A stretch of 64,000 nt of DNA, from contig CALJVL010000019.1 of assembly GCA_937773775.1 (NCBI GenBank), forward strand, positions 40,862 through 104,861. The letters are read 5' to 3'. The notes under the pieces were generated by a model. It was not told where the DNA came from. It worked only from the letters and a program-made list of their open reading frames with translations, and made no database searches. Positions 49,733 through 56,834 of this stretch are shown one piece after another (the first letter of the stretch is position 1; every line of letters begins with the position of its first letter). The position numbers were made by a program, and so were the translations under genes. Source of the DNA: an uncultured Flavobacterium sp. GTDB lineage: Bacteria; Bacteroidota; Bacteroidia; Flavobacteriales; Flavobacteriaceae.

Positions 49733-49858
49733 ACGTTATGCTGCTTTGAGATGGCTGGAAAATCGTAACCGTTCAATTTTCGGCTTAACGTAAACTTGCT
49801 GCGAAACGGTAATTCCACTAAATTCCAGCTATATCAAAACAGCGGTTGGCAACTGTGC
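49733..49858 (-). repeat. Right part of the attC-like element split by the IS (about 116 bp once the IS and one ACGT are removed)
   Basis: TATGCTGCTTTGAGATGGCTGG ... CCAGCTATATCAAAACAGCGGTT. It is homologous to the 44799-44911 element and ends GTTGGCAACTGTGC at 49845. Confidence 0.55.
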
Positions 49859-49870
49859 TTTCATATATAT

Positions 49871-51043
49871 TTATTCAAATTTCAATTCTTTCCTAAATCT
49901 GATTTTTTCTTCAATATCTTTTCTTGTATAATTTTTAAACTGGTCTATTAATTTTGGTAAAAAATTTTCGAAATTTGGATATTTTTCTCGATTGTTTTCA
50001 TATTCCTCCAATAGTTTTTCCGCATCTGGGATTAGTATAAAACCTTTGTCAACAACATTATCTTTACGCATTTCTTCCAAGTCTTTAATGTCTAATTTTT
50101 TGGAGATCCGTATTGATGCCACTCGCACCATATGTTCATTTACAAAACCCCACCAATGTCCATAACTCTGTTTTTCCATTATTGAATCAAGTTCAGGGAC
50201 AAATAGTGAATCGGTTTGGTTTATTCTTTCTTGATATTTTTTTTGCTCAATAATTGGTGTTATAAATGAATGGCAAAATTCATGGGCAACCAAATCACGA
50301 TAATAAGCATCCGAACCTTTTCCCGAATAACCAAATTCTTTGTAATCTGTTAAATTTTCGTTCCAATGAATATCACTTGCAGGTGATATAATTTGATATA
50401 ATATTTTACCCTTTCCAGTTCCAACATTTGCACCAAAGCCCATGCCAAAAGGGGAAATGGGAATAATTATTAGATTGTAATGAGGATTAGATTGCCCAAA
50501 ATACGTTTCCATTATTGGGATTAAATTTTTGTCTAAATGTGATGTCGCTTCTACTATTGCTCCTTGATAAAATTGGTGGTATTTTTTTAAGAAGCCCTCG
50601 ACATTAGCTGTATCATAAAAGTGTTTTAAAACTTTTAGATAAGCTTTTAACTCTGGCTCGTTTTTTTTCCAATATGGATTAAGTCCATACTTTAAATTCG
50701 TTTTGGGAAGTTCATTCGAATAAAGTAATCCTTGAAGTATTAAATCACCAGTCATAGATGTCTCCGCTAAGATTTCTTGTGTATTTTTAACGGCAACATC
50801 ATTTTTGAAATTTTTAAAATATTCCCTTGCTGCATAAATCAATGGTTTTGCTTTGTAGTCAGCTTTTCTATATTTAAATAATGGGTCGCTATCGGATAAT
50901 GACCTTAATATCATAAAAGTCTCTATTGTTTTATTAGTAACGACTTCTATTTCTTTCTGTTCTACATTATTTCTTTCTGTTTTTTTGTTTTGACCATAAG
51001 AAAGAAGTGAAAAAGTAAATAATAAAAAATATAATTTGTTCAT
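49871..51043 (-). CDS. Secreted HExxH protein, putative zinc metallopeptidase
   Basis: 390 aa with signal peptide MNKLYFLLFTFSLLSYGQ. LVAHEFCHSF is the only recognisable motif. Confidence 0.5.
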   Translation of the reverse strand: MNKLYFLLFTFSLLSYGQNKKTERNNVEQKEIEVVTNKTIETFMILRSLSDSDPLFKYRKADYKAKPLIYAAREYFKNFKNDVAVKNTQEILAETSMTGDLILQGLLYSNELPKTNLKYGLNPYWKKNEPELKAYLKVLKHFYDTANVEGFLKKYHQFYQGAIVEATSHLDKNLIPIMETYFGQSNPHYNLIIIPISPFGMGFGANVGTGKGKILYQIISPASDIHWNENLTDYKEFGYSGKGSDAYYRDLVAHEFCHSFITPIIEQKKYQERINQTDSLFVPELDSIMEKQSYGHWWGFVNEHMVRVASIRISKKLDIKDLEEMRKDNVVDKGFILIPDAEKLLEEYENNREKYPNFENFLPKLIDQFKNYTRKDIEEKIRFRKELKFE

Positions 51044-51059
51044 TCGGATAGATTTTTTT

Positions 51060-51073
51060 GCATTGTTGCCAAC
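51060..51073 (-). repeat. Proximal boundary of the first cassette
   Basis: GCATTGTTGCCAAC pairs 12/14 with GTTGGCAACTGTGC at 49845. The sequence beyond it (51074-51603) is unlike the other inter-cassette elements. Confidence 0.5.
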
Positions 51074-51560
51074 TAATATATAACATCAAGAAGTAAAGTT
51101 TTTTTTTAAGTTTTACCATAAATTAAGCTATATATCCTAGTTCGTAAATAAAGGCTTTTTTAACTATTGTTACAATACCCACTTTTAGTGATATTGACAA
51201 AAATGTAATAAGTAAAAGTATTCCGTAATAATTTTAATTCGTAGCGGGCTTTCACGAAAATAAAACTCATAAAAATGCCCTCAATAAGTGTCTAACTTTT
51301 TGGGGCAGTCTATCCTAGCATCTTTTATTATTTCTTTCGTCTATCCTTCCAACTATAATTAAAATGCCTATTTCTTAAACGCTCATATAACCTTCCTCTC
51401 AGATAAAGACCTAAAACCTATATTACAATTAACCCTTTAATTTCATACCACTTCATTGGCTGTATTCTTAAATTAAAAGAATGCAATAAATGATTTTGTA
51501 TTTTAGTATGCTATGCAATTCAGGAATTTAGATATGCAATATGAGAGCATTAATAAAAAT

Positions 51561-51587
51561 AAAAAAGATGCCTAGGCATCTTTTTTT
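51561..51587. terminator. Bidirectional hairpin terminator
   Basis: AAAAAAGATGCC TA GGCATCTTTTTTT, 17 nt past the stop of the XRE gene. Confidence 0.65.
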
Positions 51588-51603
51588 ATTATTTTATAAA
51601 AAG

Positions 51604-51846
51604 TTACTCAAATAACATTCTAATATCTACTTTTAAAGCTGTAGCAATTTTCATAAGAGTTTTAACCGTTGGATTACTTTCTCCCCTCTCTATTCTACCA
51701 ACTTGATTCTCGGATAAACCAATTTCTATAGCTAACTTGGATTGAGAAAAATCTGTTGTTTCTTCTCTAATCCTTCTTATGGTAGCACCAAGGGTAACCA
51801 GTACCTTATATTGTTCATCTTTTATCACTGTATAAAATTCCGTCAT
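51604..51846 (-). CDS. XRE-family helix-turn-helix transcriptional regulator
   Basis: 80 aa. SQSKLAIEIGLSENQVGRIERGESNPTVKTLMKIATAL. Confidence 0.8.
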   Translation of the reverse strand: MTEFYTVIKDEQYKVLVTLGATIRRIREETTDFSQSKLAIEIGLSENQVGRIERGESNPTVKTLMKIATALKVDIRMLFE

Positions 51847-52384
51847 AAAAAATTATTAATTCCACACATATATGTGTGTTTGTTATATTTTTTTATTATA
51901 TTTGCTAATGAATACATACATTTGCGTTTCTTCAATTAAAATATTTGAAGCATTCGCTTTGAATTTCGTCTTAGAAAACTGGTAATTTTAAAAGGAACGA
52001 AATGATAAGTAAGATGCTCACGTCCCATGGCGTGGGCTCACTTATTGTTCCCGGGTATACCAGTACCTCTAAGGCAGTAAGCTGAGTTCCATGCCATTTT
52101 TTATGCCTAATATTTAGGCACTACTCAACTTCCATTCTTAGCACTGCCTCATCCTTTAACAGTCTCGCATTGATCCTTACTGTTTAACCGTATAAACTTT
52201 CGCTTGCCTATGATTTAAAAAAAGAATTCTATTAAATGTCTGTGCTGTATTCTTCATTATTTTGAATTAGTAAAAATCCAGTACTGGCTATTAAAGCAAA
52301 AAAATGGCCCTCTAACTCTTCTTGGCGGTTGACTAGAGGACCATTGCTAACAAAACTAACGTTTCCATTAACTAACCCAATATT

Positions 52385-55300
52385 ATGAAAAATAATTCAT
52401 TTTACAAGGGGAGATTGGCTTTTTGGTACCTGATTGTTTTCGGGTTCCTAATCTCCTACACCCCTGCTTTATCAAACACGGCACTTCCGTCCTTACCCTC
52501 TTCCATCCAACAAAACCAAATAAGTGGGATCATCACTGATGGTAAAGGCCCTTTAGCTGGTGTGACCATAACTATAAAAGGGCAACAAAAAACTACTATC
52601 TCTGACTTTGATGGGGAATTTACGATCACGGTATCTCCCAACGATATGCTTATTTTTAGTTTTATGGGTTACAAAACCCTAACTATTCCTGTTGCTGGCC
52701 GTACTATAATTAATATTGAAATGCATCAAGATGCGACTTCACTACAGGAGGTCAAAATCAATGCAGGCTACTATTCCGTAAAAGAAAGTGAACGCACGGG
52801 AAGTATTGCGAAAATCACGGCAAAGGATATTGAAAAACAACCTGTGACTAATCCGTTAGCAGCCATGCAAGGACGCATGTCTGGCGTGAATATTACCCAA
52901 GCCACAGGGGTGCCTGGTGGGGGATTTGATATTCAAATTAGAGGAATTAATAGCATCCGTACCGAGGGCAATTCACCGCTATACATAGTGGATGGTGTAC
53001 CTTACAGCTCGCAATCACTGGGTTTCAGTTCCGCTTCTTCAGGAATACTTGCGGGTACTACTAGTCCATTAAATGGTATCAATCCAACTGACTTAGAAAG
53101 TATTGAAGTACTCAAAGATGCAGATGCAACCGCAATTTATGGGTCTCGTGGGGCTAATGGTGTGGTCCTGATCACTACCAAAAAAGGCAAAGCAGGAAAG
53201 ACAAAGTTCAACTTAAATGCTTACAGTAGCTTTGGAACACTAACTCGTACCCTAGACTTAATGGATACGGACCAATACTTGTCTATGCGCCGTGAAGCTT
53301 TCTCAAATGATGGGATCACAACTTATCCTAGTTATGCCTATGATGTCAATGGAAAATGGGATCAAACAAGGTATACCAATTGGCAAAAAGAACTAATTGG
53401 AGGGACTGCAACAACCAATAATCTACAGGCTAGCTTATCTGGAGGCAGTTCTGGAACCCAATACTTAATAAGCGGTACTATGCACAAGGAAACCACCGTT
53501 TTTCCGGGAGATGCAAAGTACGGTAAAGGGGCGGTACATACCAGCCTGACTCACAGTACTGAAGACGGTCGTTTCAAAATAAACTTTTCAGCAAATTATA
53601 CTGCTGATAAAAACATACTTCCCCCATCTGACTTTACCTACAAGGCAGCGATTCTGGCTCCTAATGCACCCGCTTTGTATGATGCAAACGGAAATCTCAA
53701 CTGGGAAAATAATTCCTGGACCAACCCTCTAGCTACCTTAGACGGAAGATATACTGCTACTACCGCTGCGCTAATTGCCAATACATTGCTATCCTATCAA
53801 ATTTTAGAGGGTTTAGAATTAAAAACGAGCCTGAGTTACACCGATAACCGAGTACAGGAAAGTCGCATCAATCCATCTACAATGTATAATCCTGCGTTTG
53901 GAATTGGTAGTGAACGCTCTACTCTCTACCTCAACAATGCATCAAGCCATTCATGGACAATGGAACCACAACTAAATTGGCTAAAAAAAATAGGTGAAAG
54001 CGAGATCAATATCCTTGCAGGAGCTACTTTTCAGGATCAAAAATCCAGTCAGTTAGCACAAACAGGCTCAGGATTTCCCAGTAACGGTTTGATTTATAAT
54101 CTTGCAGCTGCATCGCGCTTAAACATTTCAAGCAACTCCTTTTCTGAATACAAATACCAAGCTTTTTTTGGTCGAATTAATTTCAATTATAAAAGTAAAT
54201 ACATTCTCAATGCAACGGGCAGACGCGATGGTTCCAGCCGATTTGGACCTGGTAATCGCTTTGCCAATTTTGCCGCTGTTGGTGCCGCTTGGGTATTCTC
54301 AAAAGAATCCTTCCTTGATACTAATACCTTTCTTAGCTTTGGAAAACTTAGAGCTAGCTATGGGACCTCTGGAAACGATCAAATTGGCGATTACCAGTTC
54401 TTAGACACCTATGATGTTACAGGAAACAATTACAATGGTGTCATTGGGCTCCAGCCTTCAAGACTATTCAATCCTAATTTTGCTTGGGAAACGAATAAAA
54501 AATTAGAAATTGCTATAGAATTAGGATTTGTCAACGATCGTGTTTTTTTAAGTACAGCGTATTACCGCAACCGATCTTCTAACCAATTAGTAGGTATCCC
54601 ATTGGCGGGTACTACAGGGTTTCCCTCTTTACAAGCCAATCTTAATGCAACAGTTCAGAATTCGGGATTAGAACTAGAATTGCGAGTAGAACCATTCCGT
54701 TCTAAAAATTTTAATTGGACTTCGAATTTCAATCTGAGTCTTCCCAAAAACAAGTTGTTGGAATTTCCTAATCTAGAAAGTTCCCCCTATGCTAATAGAT
54801 ACCTCATTGGGCAATCTATCAGTATTCAAAAAGTATATCACTATACAGGAATCAATCCACAAACCGGACTATATTCTTTCGAAGATTATGATAATGATGG
54901 ACAGATTAGTAGCCCCAACGATCAGCAATGGATTGAAGACACTGCTCCCAACTGGTTTGGAGGTTTTGCTAATCAATTAAGCTATAAAAATTGGTCCATG
55001 GATTTCTTATTCCAATTTGTAAAACAAAAAGCAAGAAATTATTTGTACAACACTTCTTGGGCTGGAGATATGGTCAATCAACCTATAGCTATAGGAAACC
55101 ATTGGCCAGTGGATGGATCAAACTCTCAAACGCAATTGTATACTACTGGCGAAAACGGAGAAGCGCTCGATGCTTGGTCTTCTTATAGCAATAGTAGTGC
55201 AACAATCAGTGATGCCTCGTACATCCGTTTAAAAAGTGTTAGTCTATCGTACACCGTTCCTACCAAAGGATCGGCTATCAATACGGCTAGAGTGTATTTA

Positions 55301-55417
55301 CAGGCACAAAATCTATTGACTTTTACGAACTACAAAGGAGCAGATCCTGAAAACCAATCTTCCTTTTTCATAGCACCATTGCGTCAAATCTCATTGGGTG
55401 TACAACTGGGTTTATAA
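52385..55417 (+). CDS. susC: SusC/RagA-family TonB-dependent outer-membrane transporter
   Basis: 1010 aa with an N-terminal CarboxypepD_reg-like domain (ISGIITDGKGPLAGVTITIKG), a plug (IEVLKDADATAIYGSRGANGVVLITTKKG) and a C-terminal beta-barrel. Confidence 0.9.
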   Translation: MKNNSFYKGRLAFWYLIVFGFLISYTPALSNTALPSLPSSIQQNQISGIITDGKGPLAGVTITIKGQQKTTISDFDGEFTITVSPNDMLIFSFMGYKTLTIPVAGRTIINIEMHQDATSLQEVKINAGYYSVKESERTGSIAKITAKDIEKQPVTNPLAAMQGRMSGVNITQATGVPGGGFDIQIRGINSIRTEGNSPLYIVDGVPYSSQSLGFSSASSGILAGTTSPLNGINPTDLESIEVLKDADATAIYGSRGANGVVLITTKKGKAGKTKFNLNAYSSFGTLTRTLDLMDTDQYLSMRREAFSNDGITTYPSYAYDVNGKWDQTRYTNWQKELIGGTATTNNLQASLSGGSSGTQYLISGTMHKETTVFPGDAKYGKGAVHTSLTHSTEDGRFKINFSANYTADKNILPPSDFTYKAAILAPNAPALYDANGNLNWENNSWTNPLATLDGRYTATTAALIANTLLSYQILEGLELKTSLSYTDNRVQESRINPSTMYNPAFGIGSERSTLYLNNASSHSWTMEPQLNWLKKIGESEINILAGATFQDQKSSQLAQTGSGFPSNGLIYNLAAASRLNISSNSFSEYKYQAFFGRINFNYKSKYILNATGRRDGSSRFGPGNRFANFAAVGAAWVFSKESFLDTNTFLSFGKLRASYGTSGNDQIGDYQFLDTYDVTGNNYNGVIGLQPSRLFNPNFAWETNKKLEIAIELGFVNDRVFLSTAYYRNRSSNQLVGIPLAGTTGFPSLQANLNATVQNSGLELELRVEPFRSKNFNWTSNFNLSLPKNKLLEFPNLESSPYANRYLIGQSISIQKVYHYTGINPQTGLYSFEDYDNDGQISSPNDQQWIEDTAPNWFGGFANQLSYKNWSMDFLFQFVKQKARNYLYNTSWAGDMVNQPIAIGNHWPVDGSNSQTQLYTTGENGEALDAWSSYSNSSATISDASYIRLKSVSLSYTVPTKGSAINTARVYLQAQNLLTFTNYKGADPENQSSFFIAPLRQISLGVQLGL

Positions 55418-55433
55418 CATAAAAATTGACAAG

Positions 55434-56831
55434 ATGAAATATTACAGACAAATACAAGTTGGATTAATAGCTGCTTTAATAGTTATTACATGCCTTTGGC
55501 TTTTTAGTTGCGATAGTTTTACTGAAACGGATCTCCCGAAGACGCAACTAATCAAAACTGCCGTTTTTCAAGATGTAAAAACAGCTACAGCAGCTCTTTC
55601 CGACTGCTATGCTCAAATGCGAGATTACAGCATGATTTCAGGGAATTCTGATGGACTTTCCAGTCTGTTAGGAAATTATGCGGATGAATTAACCTACTAT
55701 GGAGTTAGTGACTCTCCCTTGCAAAACTTTTATAATCATACACTACTACCTTCCAATAGTGGGGTTTCCGTTTTATGGAATTCTAGCTTCAATCAAATTT
55801 ACGCTGCAAACGCTATCGTAGAAGGTGTAGATAATTCAACAGCGATTACAGGAGATAATCGAAACCGCTTGAAGGGAGAAGCACTGTTTATCCGTGCTTT
55901 TACACATTTTAATTTGGTGAACTTGTTTGGAGATATTCCCTATATCTCCAGTACCGATTATAAAACAAACACTATGATTTCAAAGCAGACCCAAGCAGAC
56001 GTCTACAACCAAATTATAGCAGACTTACTAGAAGCAAAAGAGCTATTACCCGAAACGTATACTTCCACTCAACGAATCCGCCCCAATAAATACACCGTTT
56101 CTGCCTTACTGGCTAGAGTATTTTTATATACGGAAAACTGGCAGTTGGCAGAGAATGAATCGAATGCAATTATTAATAAAACAGCTTTTTATCAGTGGCA
56201 GGATAATTTGGATTTAGTTTTCTTGAAAGACAGTCCTTCCACGATTTGGCAATTGCACCCTGGTGTAGCGGGCTTAAATACAATGGAAGGCCGAACTTTT
56301 ATTTTTACTAGTGCGCAGCCAAATATTGAAGCTATAAGTCCAGAATTATTCCATGCCTTTGAAGCTGGAGATCAAAGAAAAAATCAGTGGTTGGGTAGTG
56401 TGAATGATGGAACGGACACGTATTATTTCCCTTTTAAATACAAGCTTGATACGAATTCAGGAACATCTCAGGAGTACTCCATCATTTTTAGATTAGAAGA
56501 GCAATACTTAATTCGAGCTGAAGCTAGAATACATCTAGGAAAACTAGCTGAAGCAAAAAATGATATCAATAAGATAAGACAAAGAGCAACTTTAGCAAAT
56601 ACGACTGCTAGTACTTCAGAGGAACTATCACAAGCTGTCTTACAAGAACGAAGAGTGGAATTGTTTACTGAATTTGGGCACCGTTGGTTTGACTTAAAAC
56701 GTACTGGAAAAGCGGATACTATTTTGAGTGTAATTAAATCTGCATGGAAAGATAGAGATAATTTACTTCCGCTTCCTGCGTCTGAACTGCTTGCAAATAG
56801 CCATTTATTACCTCAAAATCAAGGATACTAA
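55434..56831 (+). CDS. susD: SusD/RagB-family nutrient-binding lipoprotein
   Basis: The start at MKYYRQIQVGLIAALIVITCLWLFSCDSF (lipobox) is preferred over 55398. The RRVELFTEFGHRWFDLKR motif is present. Confidence 0.85.
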   Translation: MKYYRQIQVGLIAALIVITCLWLFSCDSFTETDLPKTQLIKTAVFQDVKTATAALSDCYAQMRDYSMISGNSDGLSSLLGNYADELTYYGVSDSPLQNFYNHTLLPSNSGVSVLWNSSFNQIYAANAIVEGVDNSTAITGDNRNRLKGEALFIRAFTHFNLVNLFGDIPYISSTDYKTNTMISKQTQADVYNQIIADLLEAKELLPETYTSTQRIRPNKYTVSALLARVFLYTENWQLAENESNAIINKTAFYQWQDNLDLVFLKDSPSTIWQLHPGVAGLNTMEGRTFIFTSAQPNIEAISPELFHAFEAGDQRKNQWLGSVNDGTDTYYFPFKYKLDTNSGTSQEYSIIFRLEEQYLIRAEARIHLGKLAEAKNDINKIRQRATLANTTASTSEELSQAVLQERRVELFTEFGHRWFDLKRTGKADTILSVIKSAWKDRDNLLPLPASELLANSHLLPQNQGY

Positions 56832-56834
56832 ATT

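Larger units (their letters stand above)
38370..51073 (-). other. Integron-like gene-cassette array without an integrase in the window (CALIN-like). Six units, eight genes, all on the minus strand.
   Basis: See the findings. The unit ends are reverse-complementary, and AAC...GTT imperfect palindromes lie between units. Confidence 0.5.

Noticed and set aside
38351-49858. I considered whether the repeated elements form a CRISPR array.
   Set aside because: The repeats are 113-142 bp, imperfect and of two types. The 'spacers' are whole genes of 0.6-3 kb. No cas genes are present.
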